Assembly: GCF_023055435.1 (NCBI RefSeq) | Contig: NW_025964383.1 | Coordinates: forward strand, 17,236,001-17,300,000 | DNA from: Haliotis rufescens | Taxonomy: Eukaryota | Length of the DNA stretch: 64,000 nt | Reading direction: 5' to 3' | Part shown: piece by piece, positions 25,158-37,331 of the stretch | How the letters are laid out: every line of letters starts with the position of its first letter | Numbering within the stretch: the stretch's first letter is position 1 | Notes under the pieces: model-generated | What the model was told of the DNA's origin: nothing | Seen by the model: only the letters and a program-made list of their open reading frames with translations | The model's database searches: none | Position numbers and translations under genes: made by a program

Positions 25158-26572
25158 CCAGGCATGTAAAAATGCCTTTGGAATTGAACTTGCCTAGAAA
25201 TATCAATGTACGGATTATACTCTCAGTCATTTGGGGTTTGAGAATAAATGTATTTGTACATTGTAAAAACATGTGACACTAGCCACATAAATCTTGACCT
25301 GTGAGATCAGCAAGACTGTCATGAATACATTGAAAATTGGAGCATATTACACCGATGAAGATTTTATTGGTAATGTTTCCAAATTATATATTGAAAAATA
25401 TTGGTCCAAAGTTCATCTTTTATTATTCACACCAACCAGACTTAATCAAGTTCTATTTTTGTTTGTTACACAATAATATTGATGGGATTGTTGCAGTTTC
25501 TTGTAGAAAACACTGGTCTTACAACATATGGAATATAGAACACAGTTATAGGCCGTGTCATACAGCATGTCAGTCAATACCAGCAACAGAGGTATCTATG
25601 GGTTAATAAGCATTAGTCTTTTGCAAATGTCTTTGTTGAGTACATGTTTCATGTAAAATTGGCAGAATTCCAAAGGGTTGGTGCTGTACTTGGTATTTTG
25701 TGTTTTTTGGTAAAAGGTATAGTTTTTGTTCCACTATTTATTGGGCTCCCCATGACTAAGTATACTGATATACAATGAAAACGCATTATCAGCTTTGACT
25801 CGAAGGACAGGAAGACGATTTTAACTGTAAATAGTTACTTACTTGACTGAGAATGATGACTGTGACAAATTGACGTTGTTGAGTTTGATTATCTCATGCC
25901 TAAACTTAATTTGATTTTTATGGCCAGTTTGTCAAATATTACAAAATGTCAAATATGCATTTTCAAAACGTTTCAGTATATTTTTAGTATGTTTTATCGT
26001 TTAAACAAATATATTTTGACATGTTTTTACCACTGACACATGTTTCACATCCAGGTTGCGGGTAACCTACCCAAATACTTAATGTGTTATCTGGCTTTTA
26101 TGATACTATTAGGTGGAAAACACATTCTATAATCACACCTGCTATTGGATAGTTTAGGTCACTGTGCGTCCCCTGTATTCGTGTTTAACACCGTTAAATT
26201 TTTTGTCAAGGAAATTATTTAAAGGGAGCTTGTTTTGTCAAATGTTTTCTTTAATTCTAATGTGATTTTCATAAATGTTCTAGTCATTGTAGAGGTAATT
26301 TATCATTTACTCTTTCAATTTTCATTTATTATTTACAGCATAATATTATTGACTATGACAGATTATTGCATAGACTTTATAAGGGAGGTGACTCTGTGCA
26401 GGTAGAATTTGGGAGACATTTTACAGTCAATGAGCCAAAGAATAAAACATCAGCTTCAACATCATTGTTGTTTTATGTGTTTTATTTGTCTTGCCAAAGG
26501 GACTGGTCATTTATTACAGAGGGTCAGATGTTTTTTATCCACAGAAAATGGTGAACCTCCCCTAATGCTCAA

Positions 26573-27176
26573 GACCGCCACCATGGTCTTGTGGTAGAGT
26601 GTCCGCCCGGAGAACGGAAGGTCCGGGGTTCAATCCCCGGGCGTGTCATACAAAAAGACCTTTAAAGATGGTACTTGTTGTTTCCCTGTCTGGCGCTTGG
26701 CATTAAGGGGCTAAACATCTGGTGTAGAATAGGTCTTCAGCAACCCATGTTTGGCGTAAAAGGCAACTATGCTTGTCGTAAGGGGCGACTAACGGGATCG
26801 GGTGGTGAGGCTCGCTGACTTGGTTGATGCATGTCATCGTATCCCAATTGTGTGGATCGATGCTCATGATGTCAATCACTGGATTGTCTGGTCCAGACTC
26901 GATTATTTACAGACCGCTGTCATATAGCTGGAATATTTCTGAGTGCAGCGTTAAACAACAAACAAACTAAAACGACTGGTTGGCTCGGAGTCAGTATACT
27001 GTGTCTGAGTGGGGTATTCATGTTAAACTGCGGCATGGTATCTAAGTGTGCTGGCACTATAAATCAGCACCAGTCCGGACTAGTACAAGCAGCCACGCAC
27101 ACATGCATGCACGTCGCTACATAAAGTGCAATAATCTTGGACGCGACGTTAAATGCCAGTTCACCCCACCATCACC
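26573..27176 (+). mobile_element. SINE family D with a family C copy nested at about 26720-26968
   Basis: The D sequence stops at GGGGCTAAA and resumes at CTAAAAC.GACTGGTTGGCTCGG. Confidence 0.8.
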
Positions 27177-27231
27177 TAATACTCATCATATTTCGGAAGA
27201 CCATGCCCATGCATGGGCGGATACAGAGAGA

Positions 27232-27274
27232 GGGTGTGTGTGTGTGTGTGGGTGTGTGTGTGTGTGTGTGTGTG
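27232..27274. repeat. (GT)n microsatellite
   Basis: Direct reading. Confidence 0.9.
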
Positions 27275-27704
27275 CGCACCCCCCTTTTTATTTCGAAAAA
27301 AATCTTTATTTCTGTATAAATTACCACCAAAGACAATAAATAGATCTTAGTTGTTCATCCCCCCTTTTCAAAAAAGCTGTATCCACCTCTGCCATGGCCT
27401 TGTACATTTGTTTCATTACCCTCCCCAAAAGACAAAATGCAAAAGCATTTTATATTGTATTATAAAATGTTCACTTTTCATGACCCTCACCAAATATGTG
27501 TATTGTTTTATAACCCTCCCCAAGAGACTGTCATATCTTTTGGTGATCTTCCACTGATTTCCTTTGACCATATAATAAATGACCGACCACTAATATATAA
27601 ACGACTTGAATTTTGTTGGTCAATGATCTTTTGATAAATTTCTGCGTACAACTGGAAAAGCCTGATCTCGTTTACATCGCTGCAAACATATTCATGTTCA
27701 GACA

Positions 27705-27801
27705 GACTGCAAACGTGGTCTAGTGGTAGAGTGTCCGTCCAGAGAGCGGAAGGTCCGGGGTTCGATCCCCGTCCGCATCATACCAAAAGACGTTAAAAGA
27801 T
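27705..27801 (+). mobile_element. SINE family D head truncated by the start of the macrosatellite
   Basis: Follows family D to ...GACGTTAAAAGAT, then switches to array sequence instead of GGTACTTG. Confidence 0.8.
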
Positions 27802-28898
27802 AATCTGACCATTTTCCCAACCCGTCTTACATGATCGAAATACAGCACGTATGTTTTGAAGCATTTCAAATACTATTTTTTATGAATACCATCATCATGG
27901 TATAATTGAAGCAGCTCATTTGGCTTAAGTATCTGGATATTAACCATCTTAGAAGCTTTTGGGTGGACGTCGGGTACTTGAAAGGTTACTATATAAATAA
28001 ATAAATAGGCATGTACAATAAAGTTTATGTGTGTTAAATGATCTAGAGACATTATCTTCAGTGTATAACTGTCATGGTTTTGGGAGAATTACAAAGCACG
28101 GTGTCATGATTTATATCTTTGAATACAGAATGCTGTTAAAGCACATAATGGAAATTGGAGTATGTTGCTAGATAAACATAAGCACGTTGTTAGCATTGTT
28201 TTTGAAAGATGCCCACTGTTTCATGTCAGGATATTCTGATCTTTACTTTTTAGTGCCTTTCAGGGGTATAGTATTCATCAAGTGCTGACTCAAGTACAGA
28301 AATGTTATTTGGCCTGTGTTGATGTCAATGTTTCAATTTCCTTTTGTTTTCCATGCTGTGTACATTGACAATTTTTAACATGCATGACTCTCTCCTTAAG
28401 CACTTGGGCATGTACATTTCAAAAGGAAAGAGAAACAATTAAATGCTCTGATAATATGAAATACAACATGACATATATATCTCGCAGATCAATATCATAT
28501 GGGGTTGTGGTTCGTCTGTCTAAATCCTTTTGCTATAGGATCGGAATGGATACGGAAAACGAATTGCAACGTTCCAAACTGTATTTAATGTTATGGTGCA
28601 ACCATTACATTGGAATCTCTTCTTCTCCATCATACCTAATGTCCAAATGTGTTTCATTTCAATTGATCTTATATTCAATAGTCTGTATCTTTTTCCTATT
28701 TCAAAGAATAGATTAAGGACGATATCTGCGAATGATTGCCATACTCAGAACCAAGTAAAATGATCGAAGGCTTGGTATTGTGAGATACCATCTCAAATTA
28801 ACCTTTTCTCTCTCTCACAAACTTTCTATACGAATGATGTCTTCAAGATGTCGTGAGCGTGTCAGCAAATGATCAAGATTATAATATCGACTTCATTA

Positions 28899-28904
28899 TT
28901 TATT
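28899..28904 (-). terminator. Candidate polyadenylation signal AATAAA of the array gene (in every unit)
   Basis: About 150 nt downstream of the TAA stop on the minus strand. Confidence 0.5.
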
Positions 28905-29055
28905 TCCTCAGCATATTCATCAACAAACAAATGTGGTTTACAATATAATAGGATGCCCTTTGCACACTGTCAGGCAACATTTGTGTACAATAACAAAAAA
29001 TGAATAACAAGGTAAATGCAGCACTAGTTGATGTGGATGGGACTTGTGATTTCCC

Positions 29056-29677
29056 TTAGGCGTTTCTATGAAGTGCACTGTCGTCTACAGACAAAGCTCG
29101 ACTGAGAGTCGTCATATCGTAGCTGCTGTCGTTGCTGTATAGGTCTCCCTGGTCTTCGTCGTCCTCACTATATGAGCTGTCGGACAAGAGTCCCGTGAAG
29201 GAAGCTTCATCATCATTGAAAGAGGTATCTGCATTCCAGTCCGCCTCCGAATCACTCTCTGCAGAAGCATCTTTGGTGATGGCGTTTACACAGGCTTGCA
29301 CCTCTTGCCACTTGAGTTGTCTGTAGATGGTAAACATCTCCTTGACACCTTCCAGCACCCATCGTCTCTGGATCAGCTGTTCACCTCGGATTATGCAGTT
29401 GTTGGAGGAGTTGGCTGTCATCTTCCGCATCAGATGGTAGACTTGGGTATCTGAAAACAATAAAACGGGTAATTAGACATCTCGCTAAATGTGTTCACAA
29501 CAATGTCATTTTATTTTGTTCAATTCTAAAATTCAGTGTGATACCAATATTGCCATGTTTGCAGGGGACTGAAAAAGAGCACAGTTCATATTTACCTAAT
29601 GTCAGGATCTCTTTCACTGCATTGTCGTGGGCAATAAGGAGACGTCTCAGCTTGATGGCAACTTGAACTGGATCCAT
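29056..29677 (-). CDS. Array gene copy 1: 158-aa uncharacterised protein, exons 29677-29596 and 29450-29056
   Basis: aaaATGG Kozak context; donor TAG|gtaaat, branch-like CTAAT, acceptor ttttattgttttcag|; the phase-1 junction joins the 60-aa and 134-aa ORFs in frame (477 nt). Confidence 0.75.
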
Positions 29678-29794
29678 TTTCTAGGGCCTTCGGACACAAC
29701 ACTAGAATGCAGTCGGATGAAATACTACAGGAATTCAGTAGCGCCAAATTTGGATAATTGGAAAGTAGATGTGTTCGTTCTCACGGATTGAGAT

Positions 29795-30075
29795 GAAGTG
29801 AAGGACTCCAGTCCGTGCAAAACATTTATACTGACCCTTAGTATAAACATAGTAGTGGAGATTTATAGATCAAAGAGAGCATTTTCGAAGCCAGTGGCGA
29901 GATCAAAGCTACACTGCAACTTCATTAGGCTTTGATGCGAAAGGAATCTCACTGTCCACTTGAGAAACCAATCAACTTCTTGTCAAAACAAGTTTCCGTA
30001 TAAAGGGAGAGGTCTGAGAAGAGTTCAACCAATCTAGTCCTGTTATCTCCAGAGATTATAAATCATTGTTAATTG
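29795..30075 (-). promoter_or_regulatory. Predicted promoter of the array gene (repeated in every unit)
   Basis: TATAAAT at 29830-29824, 31 nt upstream of Inr-like TCA(+1, 29799)CTT; no upstream ATG in the 122-nt leader; TCF/LEF-type motifs at 29867, 29900 and 29930; CCAAT at 29968 and 30029. Confidence 0.55.
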
Positions 30076-31606
30076 ATTAAATCGGGATTGATCAAACGGC
30101 GCAGTACGTTGTGTTACTTAAAAATCCGATGTGGTTACTTTCGCATCCACAGAAACCAAGTCACAGAAACTTCTATCAGCTTGGAAATCGTGTGATGCTT
30201 CTCTGAACGTTTAGATTCAATTAAAAAACCCGAGAAAACCATGTCCACAATCCTAAGAAATCCTTACTCTGGTAGGCAAAGGCAAAGTGAATAAATGTAC
30301 AGTCAAATCTTGAACTTATTGTACACATCTGTTTGAGGTCGTAAATGCTATGATAATCTGACCATTTTCCCAACCCGTCTTACATGATCGAAATACAGCA
30401 CGTATGTTTTGAAGCATTTCAAATACTATTTTTTATGAATACCATCATCATGGTATAATTGAAGCAGCTCATTTGGCTTAAGTATCTGGATATTAACCAT
30501 CTTAGAAGCTTTTGGGTGGACGTCGGCTACTTAAAAGGTTACTATATAAATAAATAAATAGGCATGTACAATTAAGTTTATGTGTGTTAAATGATTTAGA
30601 GACATTATCTTCAGTGTATAACTGTCATGTTTTTGGGAGAATTACAAAGCACGGTGTCATGATTTATATCTTTGAATACAGAATGCTGTTAAAGCACATA
30701 ATGGAAATTGGAGTATGTTGCTAGATAAACATAAGCACGTTGTTAGCATTGTTTTTGAAAGATGCCCACTGTTTCATGTCAGGATATTCTGATCTTTACT
30801 TTTTAGTGCTTTCAGCGGAATAGTATTCATCAAGTGCTGACTTGGATCAGAAATGTTATTTGGCCTGTGTTGATGTCAATGTTTCAATTTCCTTTTGTTT
30901 TCCATGCTGTGTACATTGACAATTTTTAACATGCATGACTCTCTCCTTAAGCACTTGGGCATGTACATTTCAAAAGGAAAGAGAAACAATTAAATGCTCT
31001 GATAATATGAAATACAACATGACATATATATCTCGCAGATCAATATCATATGGGGTTGTGGTTCGTCTGTCTAAATCCTTTTGCTATAGGATCGGAATGG
31101 ATACGGAAAACGAATTGCAACGTTCCAAACTGTATTTAATGTTATGGTGCAACCATTACATTGGAATCTCTTCTTCTCCATCATACCTAATGTCCAAATG
31201 TGTTTCATTTCAATTGATCTTATATTCAATAGTCTGTATCTTTTTCCTATTTCAAAGAATAGATTAAGGACGATATCTGCGAATGATTGCCATACTCAGA
31301 ACCAAGTAAAATGATCGAAGGCTTGGTATTGTGAGATACCATCTCAAATTAACCTTTTCTCTCTCTCACAAACTTTCTATACGAATGATGTCTTCAAGAT
31401 GTCGTGAGCGTGTCAGCAAATGATCAAGATTATAATATCGACTTCATTATTTATTTCCTCAGCATATTCATCAACAAACAAATGTGGTTTACAATATAAT
31501 AGGATGCCCTTTGCACACTGTCAGGCAACATTTGTGTACAATAACAAAAAATGAATAACAAGGTAAATGCAGCACTAGTTGATGTGGATGGAACTTGTGA
31601 TTTCCC

Positions 31607-32228
31607 TTAGGCGTTTCTATGAAGTGCACTGTCGTCTACAGACAAAGCTCGACTGAGAGTCGTCATATCGTAGCTGCTGTCGTTGCTGTATAGGTCTCCC
31701 TGGTCTTCGTCGTCCACACTATATGAGCTGTCGGACAAGAGTTCCGTGAAGGAAGCTTCATCGTCATTGAAAGAGGTATCTGCATTCCAGTCCGCCTCCG
31801 AATCACTCTCTGCAGAAGCATCTTTGGTGATGGCGTTTACACAGGCTTGCACCTCTTGCCACTTGAGTTGTCTGTAGATGGTAAACATCTCCTTGACACC
31901 TTCCAGCACCCATCGTCTCTGGATCAGCTGTTCACCTCGGATTATGCAGTTGTTGGAGGAGTTGGCTGTCATCTTCCGCATCAGATGGTTGACTTGGGTA
32001 TCTGAAAACAATAAAACGGGTAATTAGAAATCTCGCTAAATGTGTTCACAACAATGTCATTTTATTTTGTTCAATTCTAAAATTCAGTGTGATACCAATA
32101 TTGCCATGTTTGCAGGGGACTGAAAAAGAGCACAGTTCATATTTACCTAATGTCAGGATCTCTTTCACTGCATTGTCGTGGGCAATAAGGAGACGTCTCA
32201 GCTTGATGGCAACTTGAACTGGATCCAT
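31607..32228 (-). CDS. Array gene copy 2 (exons 32228-32147, 32001-31607)
   Basis: As copy 1; Y>N and E>V variants; proximal TATA mutated. Confidence 0.72.
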
Positions 32229-34157
32229 TTTCTAGGGCCTTCGGACACAACACTAGAATGCAGTCGGATGAAATACTACAGGAATTCAGTAGCGCCAAAT
32301 TTGGATAATTGGAAAGTAGATGTGTTCGTTTTCACGGATTGAGATGAAGTGAAGGACTCCAGTCCGTGCAAAACATTCATACTGACCCTTAGTATAAACA
32401 TAGTAGTGAAGATTTATAGATCAAAGAGAGCATTTTCGAAGCCAGTGGCGAGATCAAAGCTACACTGCAACTTCATTAGGCTTTGATCCGAAAGGAATCT
32501 CACTGTCCACTTGAGAAACCAATCAACTTCTTGTCAAAACAAGTTTCCGTATAAAGGGAGAGGTCTGAGAAGAGTTCAACCAATCTAGTCCTGTTATCTC
32601 CAGAGATTATCAATCATTGTTAATTGATTAAATCGGGATTGATCAAACGGCGCAGTACGTTGTGTTACTTAAAAATCCGATGTGGTTACTTTCGCATCCA
32701 CAGAAACCAAGTCACAGAAACTTCTATCAGCTTGGAAATCGTGTGATGCTTCTCTGAACGTTTAGTTTCAATTAAAAAACCCGAGAAAACCATGTCCACA
32801 ATCCTAAGAAATCCTTACTCTGGTAGGCAAAGGCAAAGTGAATAAATGTACAGTCAAATCTTGAACTTATTGTACACATCTGTTTGAGGTCGTAAATGCT
32901 ATGATAATCTGACCATTTTCCCAACCCGTCTTACATGATCGAAATACAGCACGTATGTTTTGAAGCATTTCAAATACTATTTTTTATGAATACCATCATC
33001 ATGGTATAATTGAAGCAGCTCATTTGGCTTAAGTATCTGGATATTAACCATCTTAGAAGCTTTTGGATGGACGTCGGCTACTTAAAAGGTTACTATATAA
33101 ATAAATAAATAGGCATGTACAATTAAGTTTATGTGTGTTAAATGATCTAGAGACATCATCTTCAGTGTATAACTGTCATGTTTTTGGGAGAATTACAAAG
33201 CACGGTGTCATGATTTATATCTTTGAATACAGAATGCTGTTAAAGCACATAATGGAAATTGGAGTATGTTGCTAGATAAACATAAGCACGTTGTTAGCAT
33301 TGTTTTTGAAAGATGCCCACTGTTTCATGTCAGGATATTCTGATCTTTACTTTTTAGTGCTTTCAGCGGAATAGTATTCATCAAGTGCTGACTTGGATCA
33401 GAAATGTTATTTGGCCTGTGTTGATGTCAATGTTTCAATTTCCTTTTGTTTTCCATGCTGTCTACATTGACAATTTTTAACATGCATGACTCTCTCCTTA
33501 AGCACTTGGGCATGTACATTTCAAAAGGAAAGAGAAACAATTAAATGCTCTGATAATATGAAATACAACCTGACATATATATCTCGCAGATCAATATCAT
33601 ATGGGGTTGTGGTTCGTCTGTCTAAATCCTTTTGCTATAGGATCGGAATGGATACGGAAAACGAATTGCAACGTTCCAAACTGTATTTAATGTTATGGTG
33701 CAACCATTACATTGGAATCTCTTCTTCTCCATCATACCTAATGTCCAAATGTGTTTCATTTCAATTGATCTTATATTCAATAGTCTGTATCTTTTTCCTA
33801 TTTCAAAGAATAGATTAAGGACGATATCTGCGAATGATTGCCATACTCAGAACCAAGTAAAATGATCGAAGGCTTGGTATTGTGAGATACCATCTCAAAT
33901 TAACCTTTTCTCTCTCTCACAAACTTTCTATACGAATGATGTCTTCAAGATGTCGTGAGCGTGTCAGCAAATGATCAAGATTATAATATCGACTTCATTA
34001 TTTATTTCCTCAGCATATTCATCAACAAACAAATGTGGTTTACAATATAATAGGATGCCCTTTGCACACTGTCAGGCAACATTTGTGTACAATAACAAAA
34101 AATGAATAACAAGGTAAATGCAGCACTAGTTGATGTGGATGGGACTTGTGATTTCCC

Positions 34158-34779
34158 TTAGGCGTTTCTATGAAGTGCACTGTCGTCTACAGACAAAGCT
34201 CGACTGAGAGTCGTCATATCGTAGCTGCTGTCGTTGCTGTATAGGTCTCCCTGGTCTTCGTCGTCCTCACTATATGAGCTGTCGGACAAGAGTTCCGTGA
34301 AGGAAGCTTCATCATCATTGAAAGAGGTATCTGCATTCCAGTCCGCCTCCGAATCACTCTCTGCAGAAGCATCTTTGGTGATGGCGTTTACACAGGCTTG
34401 CACCTCTTGCCACTTGAGTTGCCTGTAGATGGTAAACATCTCCTTGACACCTTCCAGCACCCATCGTCTCTGGATCAGCTGTTCACCTCGGATTATGCAG
34501 TTGTTGGAGGAGTTGGCTGTCATCTTCCGCATCAGATGGTAGACTTGGGTATCTGAAAACAATAAAACGGGTAATTAGAAATCTCGCTAAATGTGTTCAC
34601 AACAATGTCATTTTATTTTGTTCAATTCTAAAATTCAGTGTGATACCAATATTGCCATGTTTGCAGGGGACTGAAAAAGAGCACAGTTCATATTTACCTA
34701 ATGTCAGGATCTCTTTCACTGCATTGTCGTGGGCAATAAGGAGACGTCTCAGCTTGATGGCAACTTGAACTGGATCCAT
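34158..34779 (-). CDS. Array gene copy 3 (exons 34779-34698, 34552-34158)
   Basis: As copy 1. Confidence 0.75.
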
Positions 34780-36709
34780 TTTCTAGGGCCTTCGGACACA
34801 ACACTAGAATGCAGTCGGATGAAATACTACAGGAATTCAGTAGCGCCAAATTTGGATAATTGGAAAGTAGATGTGTTCGTTTTCACGGATTGAGATGAAG
34901 TGAAGGACTCCAGTCCGTGCAAAACATTTATACTGACCCTTAGTATAAACATAGTAGTGAAGATTTATAGATCAAAGAGAGCATTTTCGAAGCCAGTGGC
35001 GAGATCAAAGCTACACTGCAACTTCATTAGGCTTTGATCCGAAAGGAATCTCACTGTCCACTTGAGAAACCAATCAACTTCTTGTCAAAACAAGTTTCCG
35101 TATAAAGGGAGAGGTCTGAGAAGAGTTCAACCAATCTAGTCCTGTTATCTCCAGAGATTATCAATCATTGTTAATTGATTAAATCGGGATTGATCAAACG
35201 GCGCAGTACGTTGTGTTACTTAAAAATCCGATGTGGTTACTTTCGCATCCACAGAAACCAAGTCACAGAAACTTCTATCAGCTTGGAAATCGTGTGATGC
35301 TTCTCTGAACGTTTAGTTTCAATTAAAAAACCCGAGAAAACCATGTCCACAATCCTAAGAAATCCTTACTCTGGTAGGCAAAGGCAAAGTGAATAAATGT
35401 ACAGTCAAATCTTGAACTTATTGTACACATCTGTTTGAGGTCGTAAATGCTATGATAATCTGACCATTTTCCCAACCCGTCTTACATGATCGAAATACAG
35501 CACGTATGTTTTGAAGCATTTCAAATACTATTTTTTATGAATACCATCATCATGGTATAATTGAAGCAGCTCATTTGGCTTAAGTATCTGGATATTAACC
35601 ATCTTAGAAGCTTTTGGATGGACGTCGGCTACTTAAAAGGTTACTATATAAATAAATAAATAGGCATGTACAATAAAGTTTATGTGTGTTAAATGATCTA
35701 GAGACATCATCTTCAGTGTATAACTGTCATGTTTTTGGGAGAATTACAAAGCACGGTGTCATGATTTATATCTTTGAATACAGAATGCTGTTAAAGCACA
35801 TGATGGAAATTGGAGTATGTTGCTAGATAAACATAAGCACGTTGTTAGCATTGTTTTTGAAAGATGCCCACTGTTTCATGTCAGGATATTCTGATCTTTA
35901 CTTTTTAGTGCCTTTCAGCGGAATAGTATTCATCAAGTGCTGACTTGGATCAGAAATGTTATTTGGCCTGTGTTGATGTCAATGTTTCAATTTCCTTTTG
36001 TTTTCCATGCTGTCTACATTGACAATTTTTAACATGCATGACTCTCTCCTTAAGCACTTGGGCATGTACATTTCAAAAGGAAAGAGAAACAATTAAATGC
36101 TCTGATAATATGAAATACAACATGACATATATATCTCGCAGATCAATATCATATGGGGTTGTGGTTCGTCTGTCTAAATCCTTTTGCTATAGGATCGGAA
36201 TGGATACGGAAAACGAATTGCAACGTTCCAAACTGTATTTAATGTTATGGTGCAACCATTACATTGGAATCTCTTCTTCTCCATCATACCTAATGTCCAA
36301 ATGTGTTTCATTTCAATTGATCTTATATTCAATAGTCTGTATCTTTTTCCTATTTCAAAGAATAGATTAAGGACGATATCTGCGAATGATTGCCATACTC
36401 AGAACCAAGTAAAATGATCGAAGGCTTGGTATTGTGAGATACCATCTCAAATTAACCTTTTCTCTCTCTCACAAACTTTCTATACGAATGATGTCTTCAA
36501 GATGTCGTGAGCGTGTCAGCAAATGATCAAGATTATAATATCGACTTCATTATTTATTTCCTCAGCATATTCATCAACAAACAAATGTGGTTTACAATAT
36601 AATAGGATGCCCTTTGCACACTGTCAGGCAACATTTGTGTACAATAACAAAAAATGAATAACAAGGTAAATGCAGCACTAGTTGATGTGGATGGGACTTG
36701 TGATTTCCC

Positions 36710-37331
36710 TTAGGCGTTTCTATGAAGTGCACTGTCGTCTACAGACAAAGCTCGACTGAGAGTCGTCATATCGTAGCTGCTGTCGTTGCTGTATAGGTCT
36801 CCCTGGTCTTCGTCGTCCTCACTATATGAGCTGTCGGACAAGAGTTCCGCGAAGGAAGCTTCATCGTCATTGAAAGAGGTATCTGCATTCCAGTCCGCCT
36901 CCGAATCACTCTCTGCAGAAGCATCTTTGGTGATGGCGTTTACACAGGCTTGCACCTCTTGCCACTTGAGTTGTCTGTAGATGGTAAACATCTCCTTGAC
37001 ACCTTCCAGCACCCATCGTCTCTGGATCAGCTGTTCACCTCGGATTATGCAGTTGTTGGAGGAGTTGGCTGTCATCTTCCGCATCAGATGGTAGACTTGG
37101 GTATCTGAAAACAATAAAACGGGTAATTAGAAATCTCGCTAAATGTGTTCACAACAATGTCATTTTATTTTGTTCAATTCTAAAATTCAGTGTGATACCA
37201 ATATTGCCATGTTTGCAGGGGACTGAAAAAGAGCACAGTTCATATTTACCTAATGTCAGGATCTCTTTCACTGCATTGTCGTGGGCAATAAGGAGACGTC
37301 TCAGCTTGATGGCAACTTGAACTGGATCCAT
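36710..37331 (-). CDS. Array gene copy 4 (exons 37331-37250, 37104-36710)
   Basis: As copy 1; T>A variant; proximal TATA mutated. Confidence 0.72.

Noticed and set aside
28384-28716. 110-aa plus-strand ORF repeated in each array unit
   Set aside because: No recognisable motif, composition typical of AT-rich non-coding DNA, and truncated or frameshifted in four units (84-86 aa versions); recurrence is due only to the repeat
29132-29326. 64-aa plus-strand ORF in each unit
   Set aside because: Antisense shadow of exon 2 of the array gene
29495-29677. 60-aa and 134-aa ORFs as two separate genes
   Set aside because: Better explained as two exons; the 134-aa 'start' is a TTG inside the polypyrimidine tract
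27799-30351. Array unit as a Helitron, rDNA, histone or snRNA repeat
   Set aside because: No TC...hairpin-CTRR ends at the boundary and no recognisable rRNA, histone or snRNA sequence
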